Positions 22,658-33,135 of a DNA stretch of 64,000 bases are shown here, piece by piece. Below the pieces are notes generated by a model, which was not told where the DNA came from, searched no databases, and worked only from the letters and a program-made list of their open reading frames with translations. Position 1 is the stretch's first letter. Every line of letters begins with the position of its first letter. The stretch comes from Candidatus Nanopelagicales bacterium (lineage in GTDB: Bacteria > Actinomycetota > Actinomycetes > S36-B12 > UBA10799). The stretch is from contig JBAOHC010000027.1 in assembly GCA_037046735.1 (NCBI GenBank), positions 111,909-175,908 of the forward strand, in the 5' to 3' direction. Made by a program: the position numbers and the translations under genes.

Positions 22658-24703
22658 GTGACCGTCGAGTGGACTGATCTGGACCGGCAAGCCGTGGACA
22701 CCGCCCGCGCTCTGGCCATGGATGCGGTGCAGAAGGTCGGCAACGGCCATCCCGGCACCGCGATGAGCCTGGCACCCGCCGCGTATCTGCTCTTCCAGCA
22801 CTTCATGCGCCATGACCCGAGCGACCCGCGCTGGCTGGGCCGTGACCGCTTCGTCCTGTCCAACGGCCACAGCAGCCTGACCCAATACATCCAGCTGTAC
22901 TTCAGTGGCTACGGTCTGGAGCTGACCGACCTGGAAGCCTTCCGGACGTGGGGCAGCAAGACCCCTGGGCATCCCGAGTACGGCCACACCATCGGCATCG
23001 AGACCACCACGGGTCCACTGGGGCAGGGGTTCGCCACGGCCGTTGGGATGGCGATGGACGGCCGGTACGTTCGCGGTCTGTTCGACCCCACCGCCGAGAC
23101 CGGGAGCAGCCCGTTCGATCACCGCGTGTGGGTCTTCGCCGGCGACGGCTGCATGGAGGAGGGCATCACCAGCGAGGCCGCGAGCTTGGCAGGGCACCAG
23201 GAGCTGGGCAACCTCATCTGCATCTACGACGACAACCACATCTCCATCGAGGGCAACACCGACGTCGCCTTCAGTGAGGACGTTCTCAAGCGGTATGAGG
23301 CCTACGGCTGGCACGTGCAGAAGGTCGACTTGGGCCTCGACGGCGACGTCGACGTCATGGCGCTGGCCTCCGCGATGGACAACGCCAAGGCCGAGCACGG
23401 GCGGCCCTCCCTGATCTCGCTGCGTACGATCATCGCCTGGCCGGCTCCGACCTTGCAGAACACCGGCAAGTCCCATGGCTCCGCGCTGGGGGCCGACGAG
23501 GTCGCCGCCACGAAGACCGCCATGGGCATGGACCCCGCTCAGGACTTCGCGGTCAGCCCGCAGGTGCTCGACCACGTCCGACAGGTCAAGAGCCGGGGCG
23601 CCGTGGCGCACTCGGAATGGCAGGCCACCTTCGACGCCTGGCAGCAGGCTCACCCCGACCGGGTGGCACTTCTGGATCGCCTCGTGGCACAGGAGTTGCC
23701 CGCCGACCTGGCCGACGCGCTGCCACGTTTCGATCCCAGTAAGCCCATGGCCACGCGAAAGGCCAGTGGCGAGTGCATCAACGCCATCGCCGCCGTGATG
23801 CCCGAGTTCTGGGGTGGATCGGCGGACCTGGCCGAGAGCAACCTCACCACGATCGAGGGCGGCGGTTCCTTCCTGCCCGCCACCTCGCAGGCGCCAGGCA
23901 AGACACCCTACGGACGGATCCTGCATTTCGGGATCCGCGAGCATGCCATGGGCGCTGCTCTGAACGGCATCGCGGTGGGCGGCCTGACCCGGCCGTTCGG
24001 CGGGACCTTCCTGGTCTTCAGCGACTACATGCGAGGGGCCGTGCGGCTGTCCGCGTTGATGCAGGCACCCGTGACCTACGTGTGGACCCATGATTCGATC
24101 GGCCTGGGCGAGGACGGTCCCACCCATCAGCCGGTGGAGCACCTCACTGCGCTGCGGGCGATGCCCGGCCTGGACGTCGTGCGTCCTGCTGACGCCAACG
24201 AGACTGCCGTCTGCTGGCTGCAGGTCCTGCGCAACCGGCGCCCCGCCGGGCTGGCCCTCACACGGCAGAATGTGCCGACCTTGGACCCGGACCAGGTCCA
24301 GGGTGCCGCCAAGGGCGGGTATGTCCTGGCGGAGGCGGACGGCGGCAGCCCGCAGGTGATCCTCATCGCCACCGGCTCCGAAGTGCAGCTCGCGCTCACC
24401 GCCCGCGACACGCTGCAGGCCCAAGGTGTGCCGACCCGGGTGGTCTCGATGCCCTGCACAGAATGGTTCGATGCCCAGAGCGCTGACTACCGGGAATCCG
24501 TGCTGCCCAAGGCCGTCACCGCTCGCGTCAGTGTCGAGGCGGGCCGGGCGATGCCGTGGTACCAGTACATCGGAACGGCGGGACGCGCGGTGAGTCTGGA
24601 GCACTTCGGCGCTTCTGCGGACTACCAACGACTGTACGAGGAGTTCGGCATCACCAGTGACGCGGTTGTCGCGGCGGCGAGGAGCAGTCTGGCTGATGCC
24701 TGA
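22658..24703 (+). CDS. tkt: transketolase
   Basis: 681 aa with GHPG, GDGCMEEGI and THDSIGLGEDGPTHQP motifs. GTG start preceded by GAAAGGAA. Confidence 0.95.
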   Translation: MTVEWTDLDRQAVDTARALAMDAVQKVGNGHPGTAMSLAPAAYLLFQHFMRHDPSDPRWLGRDRFVLSNGHSSLTQYIQLYFSGYGLELTDLEAFRTWGSKTPGHPEYGHTIGIETTTGPLGQGFATAVGMAMDGRYVRGLFDPTAETGSSPFDHRVWVFAGDGCMEEGITSEAASLAGHQELGNLICIYDDNHISIEGNTDVAFSEDVLKRYEAYGWHVQKVDLGLDGDVDVMALASAMDNAKAEHGRPSLISLRTIIAWPAPTLQNTGKSHGSALGADEVAATKTAMGMDPAQDFAVSPQVLDHVRQVKSRGAVAHSEWQATFDAWQQAHPDRVALLDRLVAQELPADLADALPRFDPSKPMATRKASGECINAIAAVMPEFWGGSADLAESNLTTIEGGGSFLPATSQAPGKTPYGRILHFGIREHAMGAALNGIAVGGLTRPFGGTFLVFSDYMRGAVRLSALMQAPVTYVWTHDSIGLGEDGPTHQPVEHLTALRAMPGLDVVRPADANETAVCWLQVLRNRRPAGLALTRQNVPTLDPDQVQGAAKGGYVLAEADGGSPQVILIATGSEVQLALTARDTLQAQGVPTRVVSMPCTEWFDAQSADYRESVLPKAVTARVSVEAGRAMPWYQYIGTAGRAVSLEHFGASADYQRLYEEFGITSDAVVAAARSSLADA

Positions 24704-25196
24704 CACCGCCGCCTCGTCCAATCCGCGGGTGGCCACTGGACTCATGGTTGCCACCTACGTTGTGGGGGCGGTCGGCATCGCCGTGGGCTTTGGCACTGTC
24801 ACGGCCGAGCCGCCGAGCCTGTCCCTGGCATGCTTGCTCGCCGTCGGCGCGGCCGGGCTGCTCAGCTTCCTGCGGCACTCGATCTTCCACCGCAGCGATG
24901 CGGTCCGGATGGGCTGGGATCTGGGCGCACGCAACAACTTCCAGATCGAGGTGGGATTGGCGAATCTGGCATGGGGCCTCACGGGGGTGCTCAGCGTCGT
25001 CCTCGGCTGGGGTATCCGCGCGCAGGCCGCGACGTTCCTCACCTTCGGGATCTACCTGCTCGCCGTGGCGGCCATGCAGGCGATCAGTCCCGGCGGCAAG
25101 CGGCGCTCCTTGGCACCCATGATTGCCCTCTTCATGTTCGGGTTGATGCTCAGCGTGCTGGGCACGATTGCACTGCAAGGTTCTACGCCCGTCTGA
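24696..25196 (+). CDS. small integral membrane protein of unknown function
   Basis: 166 aa from an ATG that overlaps the tkt stop by 8 nt. It has four to five hydrophobic segments and high G/C third-position bias throughout. I cannot place it in a named family. Confidence 0.6.
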   Translation: MPDTAASSNPRVATGLMVATYVVGAVGIAVGFGTVTAEPPSLSLACLLAVGAAGLLSFLRHSIFHRSDAVRMGWDLGARNNFQIEVGLANLAWGLTGVLSVVLGWGIRAQAATFLTFGIYLLAVAAMQAISPGGKRRSLAPMIALFMFGLMLSVLGTIALQGSTPV

Positions 25197-25247
25197 CAAG
25201 CCGTCGCGGGCGGGAATCGCCTACCGTCGCTCAATAAGGAGGAATCC

Positions 25248-26366
25248 ATGACCGATCCCCTCAAGGCACTGTCGGACCTCGGAGTGTCCATCTGGCTCGA
25301 TGACCTGGCCCGGACCCGCCTCACCAGCGGCGGCCTGGTTCGGCTCACCGAGCAGGACCACGTGGTGGGCGTCACCACCAACCCATCGATCTTCAGCAAG
25401 GCGATCTCCGCCGGGGCTGACGCCTATGCGACTCAGGTCGCCAGTCTGGCTGCCGGTCAGGCGGACGCCGACTTCGCTGTCCGGGAGATGACCACCCAGG
25501 ACGTCCGGGACGCGTGCGACGTGTTCTCGGAGATTGCGGCGGCTACCGACGGGGTCGACGGCCGGGTCTCCATCGAGGTCGATCCACGCCTGGCCCGGCA
25601 GACCGGCCCCACGATCGAGCAGGCCCGAGCCCTGTGGCAGATGGTCGACCGACCCAATCTGCTGGTCAAGATCCCTGCTACCGCCGAGGGCCTCCCTGCG
25701 ATCACGCAGGCCCTGTCCGAGGGGATCAGTGTCAACGTCACCCTCATCTTCAGCGTCAGCCGCTACCGCGAGGTGATCGACGCATGGGCCACCGGCCTGG
25801 AGAAGCGCCTCGCGGCCGGGCAGGACGTGCGTTCGGTGCATTCGGTGGCCTCCTTCTTCGTCAGCCGCGTGGACAGCGCCGTGGACGCCGCCCTCGAGAA
25901 GATCGGCGGTGATGAGGCGCTGGCGCTGCGCGCCAAAGCGGGGCTGGCCAACGCCCGGTTGGCGTGGGCGGCCTACCAGGAGTTCCGCGCCAACGATCGG
26001 TGGGCTGCCCTGGAAGCGGCCGGCGCCTTCCCGCAGCGCCCGCTATGGGCATCCACCAGCACCAAGGATCCAGCGCTACCCGATGACCTCTACGTGGTGG
26101 GCCTGGCCGGGCCGGGCTGCGTGAACACCATGCCGGAGCCGACGCTGCGCGCCGTGGCCGATCACGGCCACGTCCGCGGCGACACCCTCGATGGTCAGGC
26201 CGAGGCAAGTCAGCAGTTGTTCGATGATCTGGCGGCGGCCGGTGTCGATCTGGACGCGGTGTTCGTGCAGCTGGAGGACGAGGGCGTGGACAAGTTCGAG
26301 CAGGCGTGGCTGGAACTTCTGGGCACAGTCAACGAGGCGCTGAGCGCGGATCGAGGTAGCTCATGA
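25248..26366 (+). CDS. tal: transaldolase (long actinobacterial type)
   Basis: 372 aa ([30 protein letters not shown]). Strong Shine-Dalgarno AAGGAGGAA upstream. Confidence 0.92.
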   Translation: MTDPLKALSDLGVSIWLDDLARTRLTSGGLVRLTEQDHVVGVTTNPSIFSKAISAGADAYATQVASLAAGQADADFAVREMTTQDVRDACDVFSEIAAATDGVDGRVSIEVDPRLARQTGPTIEQARALWQMVDRPNLLVKIPATAEGLPAITQALSEGISVNVTLIFSVSRYREVIDAWATGLEKRLAAGQDVRSVHSVASFFVSRVDSAVDAALEKIGGDEALALRAKAGLANARLAWAAYQEFRANDRWAALEAAGAFPQRPLWASTSTKDPALPDDLYVVGLAGPGCVNTMPEPTLRAVADHGHVRGDTLDGQAEASQQLFDDLAAAGVDLDAVFVQLEDEGVDKFEQAWLELLGTVNEALSADRGSS

Positions 26367-27901
26367 GACAAGCGGAGTTCACCAGCACCAACCCGCTGCG
26401 CAGCCCGCTGGATAGGCGCCTGCCGAGGGTCGCCGGTCCGTGTTGCCTGGTGATCTTCGGGGTGACTGGAGACCTCGCACGGCGCAAACTGATGCCTGCG
26501 GTCTATGACTTGGCCAATCGGGGCCTGTTGCCACCATCGTTCGCGCTAGTGGGCTTCGCCCGCCGGGACTACAGCGATCAGGACTTCGCCCAACAGGTCC
26601 ACGACTCGGTCCGCGAGCATGCCCGCACCGAGTTCCGCGAGGACGTCTGGAATCAACTCCAGCAGGGTTTCCGGTTCGTGGCCGGCGACTTCACCGACGA
26701 CGCTGCCTTCGACGCGTTGGCCGCGACCGTGGCGGATCTGGCCAACGACCAGGGCACAGGCGGGAACACCGCCTTCTACCTGTCCATCCCGCCCGGGATG
26801 TTCCCGCTGGTGGTACAGCAACTGAAGCGCTCCGGCCTGGCGTCCGAGGAGCGGGGCGGCTGGCGCCGGGTGGTCGTGGAGAAGCCGTTCGGCCATGACC
26901 TGGAGAGTGCCCAGGAGCTCAACCACACACTGGGCGAGGTCTTTCCCAGCGGCTCGATCTTCCGCATCGACCACTACCTGGGCAAGGAGACAGTGCAGAA
27001 TCTGTTGGCTCTGCGCTTCGCCAACACGCTGTTCGAGCCGATCTGGAACCGCGGGTACATCGACCATGTGCAGATCACGATGGCCGAGGACATCGGCATC
27101 GGCAGTCGCGCCGGGTACTACGACGGGATCGGCGCCGCCCGCGATGTCATCCAGAATCACCTGTTGCAGTTGATGGCCCTGACAGCAATGGAGGAGCCGG
27201 TGTCCTTCTCGGCGGAGAACGTCCGCCAGGAGAAGGAGAAGGTGTTGGCCTCGGTGGTGCTGCCCGACGACTTGGGCGCCTACACAGCTCGTGGGCAGTA
27301 CGGCATCGGGTGGCAGGGCGGGGAGAAGGTCGTCGGCTACATGCAGGAGGCGAACATCCCCCCGACATCGACCACCGAGACCTACGCGGCGATCACGTTG
27401 AACGTTGACACCCGGCGCTGGGCCGGGGTGCCGTTCTATCTGCGCACAGGCAAACGGCTGGGGCGGCGGGTGTCGGAGATCGCGATCGTGTTCAAGCAGG
27501 CCCCACATCTGCCGTTCGCCACGACCGACACTGAGGAACTGGGTTCGAACACACTGGTCGTGCGGGTGCAGCCCGACGAGGGGATCACCATGAAGTTCGG
27601 CTCGAAGGTGCCCGGCACGCAGATGGAAGTGCGCGACGTGACGATGGACTTCATGTACGGCGATTCTTTCACCGAGTCCAGCCCGGAGGCCTACGAACGG
27701 CTCATCCTGGATGTGCTGCTGGGTGATCCCCCGCTGTTCCCCCGCCACGAGGAGGTGGAGATGTCCTGGCGCATCCTGGACCCGATCCTGGACCATTGGG
27801 CTGCGAACGGTAAACCTGACACGTACGACCCCGGCACCTGGGGCCCGGCCAGCGCCGACGAGATGCTCGCCCGCGACGGTCGCGTCTGGCGACGGCCATG
27901 A
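26363..27901 (+). CDS. zwf: glucose-6-phosphate dehydrogenase
   Basis: 512 aa with [11 protein letters not shown] and RIDHYLGKE motifs. ATGA overlap with tal. Confidence 0.95.
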   Translation: MRQAEFTSTNPLRSPLDRRLPRVAGPCCLVIFGVTGDLARRKLMPAVYDLANRGLLPPSFALVGFARRDYSDQDFAQQVHDSVREHARTEFREDVWNQLQQGFRFVAGDFTDDAAFDALAATVADLANDQGTGGNTAFYLSIPPGMFPLVVQQLKRSGLASEERGGWRRVVVEKPFGHDLESAQELNHTLGEVFPSGSIFRIDHYLGKETVQNLLALRFANTLFEPIWNRGYIDHVQITMAEDIGIGSRAGYYDGIGAARDVIQNHLLQLMALTAMEEPVSFSAENVRQEKEKVLASVVLPDDLGAYTARGQYGIGWQGGEKVVGYMQEANIPPTSTTETYAAITLNVDTRRWAGVPFYLRTGKRLGRRVSEIAIVFKQAPHLPFATTDTEELGSNTLVVRVQPDEGITMKFGSKVPGTQMEVRDVTMDFMYGDSFTESSPEAYERLILDVLLGDPPLFPRHEEVEMSWRILDPILDHWAANGKPDTYDPGTWGPASADEMLARDGRVWRRP

Positions 27902-28845
27902 CCACGCGACTGGAGAACACCAGCGCCGACGAGATCGTACGCACCATCAACGCGGAGCGGCACAAGATCGGGGCGACATCCACTGGGATGGTGCTCACGT
28001 TGATCATCGTCACCGATGAGGAGAACCAATCCGACACCACTCGGGCTGCTGCGCATTCGGCCATGGAACACCCATGCCGCATCATTACCATGATCCCGCG
28101 GCCGGGGCGCGTAGCGCCGGCACTGGATGCCAACATCGACGTCGGGGACACGATGGGCCCCGGCGAGACGGTGCGTCTGAGGCTGCGCGGTGAGCTGGCC
28201 GATCACGGCGCCTCGGTGGCCCTGCCCCTACTGCTGCCCGACACCCCCGTGGTGGTCTGGTGGCCGACCAATGGCCCAGATGTCCCATCGGCGGACCCGT
28301 TCGGCCGCATGGCGCAGCGCCGGATCACCGATGCCGCCGCCGCTCGGCATCCGATGCAGGCCTTGATCGCCCGCCGCAAAGGTTATGTGGCCGGCGACAC
28401 TGATCTGGCCTGGACCCGGACCACGCCATGGCGGTCCATGCTCGCGGCAGCGCTGGACCTGCCGTACGCACCGATCGAACGAGCCGAGGTCAGTGCCCAG
28501 GGAGCCAATCCCTCTGCAGCACTCCTGCAGGCGTGGCTTCGCAACTGTCTCGACGTCCCCGTGGACCTGCATCGCAGCCGGGGGCCTGGCATCACGAGTG
28601 TGGTCCTGCACACCACCGGCGGCCCGATCGAATTGACCCGGCCCGACGGCCGGACGGGACGACTGGCCCGACCTGGCATCACCACCCACGATGTGCCGCT
28701 GTCACGCCGTGATGTCCGGGATTTGATCGGAGAGGAGCTGAGCCGACTGGATCCCGATGACACCTATGCGGAGGCGCTGGCGGCCCTTGAGGTGCCGACG
28801 GCTCGCAAGCGCGGCAGCAAATCGGCGGCGGCCGCTCCCGCATGA
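27898..28845 (+). CDS. opcA: glucose-6-phosphate dehydrogenase assembly protein OpcA
   Basis: 315 aa with LLPDTPVVVWWP. The conserved position between zwf and pgl supports the call. ATGA overlaps on both sides. Confidence 0.85.
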   Translation: MTTRLENTSADEIVRTINAERHKIGATSTGMVLTLIIVTDEENQSDTTRAAAHSAMEHPCRIITMIPRPGRVAPALDANIDVGDTMGPGETVRLRLRGELADHGASVALPLLLPDTPVVVWWPTNGPDVPSADPFGRMAQRRITDAAAARHPMQALIARRKGYVAGDTDLAWTRTTPWRSMLAAALDLPYAPIERAEVSAQGANPSAALLQAWLRNCLDVPVDLHRSRGPGITSVVLHTTGGPIELTRPDGRTGRLARPGITTHDVPLSRRDVRDLIGEELSRLDPDDTYAEALAALEVPTARKRGSKSAAAAPA

Positions 28846-29585
28846 CGAGCATTCAAGTGGGGGTGTACCCCAACGCGCAAGCGGTGGCCGACGCGGTGGC
28901 CAACCGCATGGCTGGCAGCATTCTGCGGGCTTTGACCACAGAGTCGGTGGCGCATATCTGCATAACAGGCGGCCGCGGCGGCCATGGTGCACTGGCTGCC
29001 CTGGCGCCCGACCCCGGCATCGACTGGTCACGGGTGCACGTGTGGTGGTCCGACGAACGCTTCGTTCCCAGCGGCGATGAGTTGCGTAACGACGTGATGG
29101 CCCAGGCCGCGCTGCTCGATGTGGTGGACCTGCCGGTAGCCAACCTTCATCGGATGCCGGCCGCCGATCAATTCGAAGACATCGCAGAAGCAGCTGATGC
29201 ATACGCGGCCGAGATGGCTGCGTTCGGCACCCTGGGTCCACAGTTCTGCGTGTCAATCCTGGGAATGGGTGAGGACGGTCACGTGGCGTCGCTGTTCCCC
29301 GAGCACCCGGGTCTTCGGGAGACGCGCCTGGCATTTCCGGTCACCGACTCCCCCAAACCGCCACCCCGGCGAATCTCCATGTCGCTTCCTGCCATCAACA
29401 ACGCGAACGAGGTCATCCTGATCGCCGCAGGCGCCGGGAAGGCCGACGCTGTCGCCATGTTGATCAACGATCCCGGTCCCTTGGTGGTACCGGCCGCAGG
29501 CGTTCACGGCATGGACACCACACTCCTGGCCGTGGACATCGCCGCCGCTCGCCATCTTCCGGCTGGGCTGCTGCGCTACCCCTGA
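28842..29585 (+). CDS. pgl: 6-phosphogluconolactonase
   Basis: 247 aa with ILGMGEDGHVASLFP and WWSDERFV motifs. Confidence 0.9.
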   Translation: MTSIQVGVYPNAQAVADAVANRMAGSILRALTTESVAHICITGGRGGHGALAALAPDPGIDWSRVHVWWSDERFVPSGDELRNDVMAQAALLDVVDLPVANLHRMPAADQFEDIAEAADAYAAEMAAFGTLGPQFCVSILGMGEDGHVASLFPEHPGLRETRLAFPVTDSPKPPPRRISMSLPAINNANEVILIAAGAGKADAVAMLINDPGPLVVPAAGVHGMDTTLLAVDIAAARHLPAGLLRYP

Positions 29586-29841
29586 ACTGGGTTGCCTACG
29601 TCGTTGGGGTCTGCTGAATGCGAGTAGGTGGGGCAGCGGGGATTGCGGCAGTACCGCTCGCGCACACCGGCCGCGGTGGCGGGTCACAGCCACGCCGCCC
29701 GTTCCCCCTGCGGGCAGTTCGGCAGTTGTTGCTGCGACACGCCGTGGGAAATCGCACCGTCCGCCCATCCCCGGTCGAGGTCGTCGCCGGGCGGCACTGA
29801 TCGTGCTGGGGGCTGTTGCTTGGTGCTGACGCTGGGCGTCT

Positions 29842-29864
29842 GGCCGGCCCCCGGGGGGGCCGGC
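29842..29864. terminator. GC-rich hairpin between convergent pgl and the HNH gene
   Basis: GGCCGGCCCCC GGGGGGGCCGGC is self-complementary and sits immediately 3' of the HNH-gene stop (29865-29867). There is no U-tract. Confidence 0.4.
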
Positions 29865-31076
29865 TCAGGTTCTTCGCCGCACAGGCACACAGCGGGGTAT
29901 GCCGTCGACCATCTGGATGGTGAATCGGCCGTTGTGCAGGTCGCGGTGGCAGCGTGGGCACAGCAGACACATCGCATCGACATCGGTTTGGCCGCCGGCG
30001 GCCCAGCCGGTGATGTGGTGGGCGTGGCAGCGCCGGGCCGGCTGCCCGCAGCGCACACATCCCCGATCCCGCGCCGTGAGTGCGGCCCATTGGGCGTGGC
30101 TGGCGCGGCGCTGGGTGCGGCCCAACGCCAACGGTATGAAGCTGCCCGCCCGGCGTTTGCCCAGGATCACCGACACCACCGCCGAACAGGTCAGCAACGC
30201 GAAGGTGTCCGGGCCCAGCAGGGTGCCGTCCTCCAGGCGGGCCCCGTGGCCGTCGGGCAGCTGCTCGGCATCGACCAGCACCGTCACCCCTGACACCCCC
30301 AACGGCCGGGTGTTGGCCTGCGCGGCACTGACCAGGTCGTCCAAGGCGTCGGCCAGGCGCTGGCTGGGGGTGCGGTCATCCCCGGGCGCGGGCGGGTCAG
30401 TGAACCCGGCCAGCGCGTCGCGCAGCCGGGCCCCGGCCACCTGGTCCAGGTGCCCATCCACCCGGTACAGCCCGTTACCCAGGTCTGAGAGGTGCAGGCC
30501 GCGTTTGGCCCGGGCGCCCCGCAGGTCCTCATCGGGTGCCTCACGGCGGTCCTGGGTGATCAGTATGTCGAGGACCTGGGCCAGCACCACCGGTTCGATC
30601 ACGGCGGCGGCGGCGACCAGATCCGGCTCCAACACCGGGAAGTGCCGCAGGCGGGGGGCGGCCCGGCACAACAGGTGCACATGCCGGCCGGTGATCTCCC
30701 CGGCCCGGTAGGCGTCGGCCACATGCGGCATGGACCGTAGGTCTCGGGCCCGGCCCACGATCGCTGAGCCGACGGCCCGGTTGTTTCCGGTCAACGCGGC
30801 TACCATCGACCCGGTCGTGCCGGCGGCGAACAACCGGGAATCCTGCTGCGCGTCGCTCACCCCGGCGACCTGGGTCTGGTAGGCCTCCAGCATTGTCTGC
30901 AGGCGGGCCGCGGCGCGCACCGCGCCGAGGCGCTGTTCCACGCTCAAATCGGCCGGATCGGGCAGGCCCAGCACGCTCTCGGCCAACTCCTCAAACACCG
31001 CCGGAATCTCCACCGGCAGTTCATCGGCCAGCTGGGCGCGGCGTAACGCCGCCGCCGGAATCTCGAAGAACCCCAT
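29865..31076 (-). CDS. DUF222 / HNH endonuclease-domain protein (REP13E12-like family)
   Basis: 403 aa from the ATG at 31076. The N-terminal two-thirds is DUF222-like (RDLRSMPHVADAYRAGEITGRHVHLL). The C-terminal HNH motif is CVRCGQPARRCHAHHITGW...CLLCPRCHRDLHNG. Confidence 0.8.
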   Translation of the reverse strand: MGFFEIPAAALRRAQLADELPVEIPAVFEELAESVLGLPDPADLSVEQRLGAVRAAARLQTMLEAYQTQVAGVSDAQQDSRLFAAGTTGSMVAALTGNNRAVGSAIVGRARDLRSMPHVADAYRAGEITGRHVHLLCRAAPRLRHFPVLEPDLVAAAAVIEPVVLAQVLDILITQDRREAPDEDLRGARAKRGLHLSDLGNGLYRVDGHLDQVAGARLRDALAGFTDPPAPGDDRTPSQRLADALDDLVSAAQANTRPLGVSGVTVLVDAEQLPDGHGARLEDGTLLGPDTFALLTCSAVVSVILGKRRAGSFIPLALGRTQRRASHAQWAALTARDRGCVRCGQPARRCHAHHITGWAAGGQTDVDAMCLLCPRCHRDLHNGRFTIQMVDGIPRCVPVRRRT

Positions 31077-31480
31077 CAGCACACACCCCCACCCACGACG
31101 GTCGGTGCCGAAACCAGGGGCAAGGCTCCCCTGCGGCGTCGCTCCACGAGCTGATGGCCACCAAACCTGGTGACACCCCAAACCTACGGGGAGGGTCTGA
31201 CATCTTTCACCCACCCGCCCACGGGCATGGGGACAACCCCGACCGAGTCGGGCGGACCCTCATCGACGACCGCCGGAACCGGACCGCGGTACTGGGGGGC
31301 GCCCACGGCACCCCCACACCTAACTGTGGTTCCCCTGTGACGTCGTGAACACGCTGCGCCACGCGTAACGCCACCCGCGTCCGCCACGACAGTGGGCCGC
31401 CACCGCAACGATTCATGCGCCAGCCGCAGACTCAGACAACAACACGACAGGCCAACGCACTACACCGAAACTGTCGAGGC

Positions 31481-32434
31481 CTAAACCGGCAGACCCAGTT
31501 CCGCGAACGTGTTGCACTGGTTGATGTCGCCGGTGTCGTACCCCCGGGTGTACCAGAACTGCCGTTGTTTGGCCGAACCGTGCGTGAATTTCTCCGGATT
31601 GACGCGTACGCCGGCGCCTTCCATGATCCGATCGTCACCGACGGCCGCGGCGGCGTTCGAGGCCTGCTGGAACTCCTCAGGGGTGATCTGGACGTTGCCC
31701 ATGTCATTGGCGAGGCGGCCCCAGACGCCGGCGAAGCAGTCGGCCTGCAACTCCATCGCCACGCTGTAGTTGTTCGGGTTGCGGGCGTCCTGCTGGGCCC
31801 GCCGTACCTGCTGCTCGATGCCCAGAACATTCTGCAGATGGTGGCCGTACTCGTGGGCCATGATGTACACCATCGCGTACTGGCCCTGCACGCCGAGCCC
31901 CGCAAGTTGGCGATTGAAGCCCAGGTCGAAGTAGATCCGCTCATCCCCGGGGCAGTAGAACGGCCCCACGTTGGTGTCGGCGGGTCCGCAGGCGGTGCGG
32001 GTCGACCCGTCGAAGAACGTCAGACCTGGGGTCTGCAACGTCCGGCCAGCCTGTTGGAACACCCCGGACCACACGTCGTTGGCCTCGTTGTAGGACTTCA
32101 CCAATAGGCAGTCCGTGTCCTCGAACACCCCGTCCTCGGCATCCTGCGGACACCTCTGCGCCAGCGAGACATTCACCCCTTGGGCATTCGACGGCACCTC
32201 GTACAGGGCCCCACCATCTCCGGTTGTCCCCGTCTCCCCACCGATGCTGCACATCACGAAGACAAGCAGGATGATGATGGTCATCACCCCACCGCCGCCG
32301 AGCATCTTGGCCAGGCCCCCAGCCATCGCCACCTGGCCGGGTCCGACGCCACCGCCGCGCGACGATCGACCCCCGCGACCGTCCCGCTGATCGTCGACTC
32401 CGGAGAAGTCGATGTTGTTGTCGTCGAACTTCAC
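31481..32434 (-). CDS. neutral zinc metallopeptidase (YpfJ-like)
   Basis: 317 aa with a Gly-rich N-terminus, one TM and the HExxH site MAHEYGHHLQN. GTG start preceded by GGGAGG. Confidence 0.8.
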   Translation of the reverse strand: MKFDDNNIDFSGVDDQRDGRGGRSSRGGGVGPGQVAMAGGLAKMLGGGGVMTIIILLVFVMCSIGGETGTTGDGGALYEVPSNAQGVNVSLAQRCPQDAEDGVFEDTDCLLVKSYNEANDVWSGVFQQAGRTLQTPGLTFFDGSTRTACGPADTNVGPFYCPGDERIYFDLGFNRQLAGLGVQGQYAMVYIMAHEYGHHLQNVLGIEQQVRRAQQDARNPNNYSVAMELQADCFAGVWGRLANDMGNVQITPEEFQQASNAAAAVGDDRIMEGAGVRVNPEKFTHGSAKQRQFWYTRGYDTGDINQCNTFAELGLPV

Positions 32435-32512
32435 GCCGAGCGCCTCCCGCCTGCCAGGAGTACCACCGTATCGGGGAACTCACCACCCACCCAGTGCCCC
32501 CAGGCGAGTGAC

Positions 32513-32845
32513 TTAGGCCTCTGGCAGGTTCTTCATCGCCTCGTCGAGCAGGGCGTTGGCCTCGCCCTCGGATCGGCGCTCCTTCACGTACGCGAGATGC
32601 GTCTTGTACGGTTCGGTGACAGGCGCAGCCGGCGGGTTCTCCTTGTCGGTGCCCGCCGGTAGCCCACAACGTGGGCAATCCCACTCCGTGGGCGCCGCGG
32701 CATCCTGCGCGAAACTGGGTTGGCTCTCATGGCCGTTCGAGCAGTAGAAGGAAATCTTCTTCCGGGGCGCTGCCTCCCCCCGCTCGGCTTCGCCCATCGG
32801 GCCTGCGCCGACTCGACTCCCCCTGATTGCACTGCCACCTGCCAC
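32513..32845 (-). CDS. rbpA: RNA polymerase-binding protein RbpA
   Basis: 110 aa with IRGSRVG..., the Zn-ribbon-like core YCSNGHE...WDCPRCG, and the sigma-interaction helix PYKTHLAYVKERRS. Confidence 0.8.
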   Translation of the reverse strand: MAGGSAIRGSRVGAGPMGEAERGEAAPRKKISFYCSNGHESQPSFAQDAAAPTEWDCPRCGLPAGTDKENPPAAPVTEPYKTHLAYVKERRSEGEANALLDEAMKNLPEA

Positions 32846-32861
32846 AGTGAATCCCTTCGCG

Positions 32862-33092
32862 TTAAGACTTGGTGATCAGACCAAGAGCAATGATCGTGGC
32901 CGCCCAGATGAGCCCCACTCCGACCGTCACGCGGTCCAGGTTGCGCTCAGCGACGCTCGACCCACCCAGCGAAGTGCTCACACCGCCGCCGAACAGATCG
33001 GAAAGGCCGCCCCCCTTACCCTTGTGCAGCAGCACCAAGACGATGAGCAGAACGCTGGTGACCAGCAGCAGTATCTCCAGTCCAAGAATCAC
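32862..33092 (-). CDS. secG: preprotein translocase subunit SecG
   Basis: 76 aa from the GTG at 33092 (Shine-Dalgarno AAAGGGA) with the LLHKGKGGGLSDLFGGG motif. The ORF-track N-terminal extension runs into tpiA and is rejected. Confidence 0.85.
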   Translation of the reverse strand: MILGLEILLLVTSVLLIVLVLLHKGKGGGLSDLFGGGVSTSLGGSSVAERNLDRVTVGVGLIWAATIIALGLITKS

Positions 33093-33135
33093 CGGTGAGT
33101 CCCTTTCACGTCGTGCGGCAAGTTCCAGAGTAACC

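Noticed and set aside
21407-24754. A 1115-aa ORF on the minus strand, the longest in the track.
   Set aside because: It is antisense to the esterase and to the whole transketolase gene. Its composition is Arg/Gly/Pro/His-rich with no recognisable motif. Long stop-free antisense frames are expected in high-G+C DNA. tkt on the plus strand is unambiguous.
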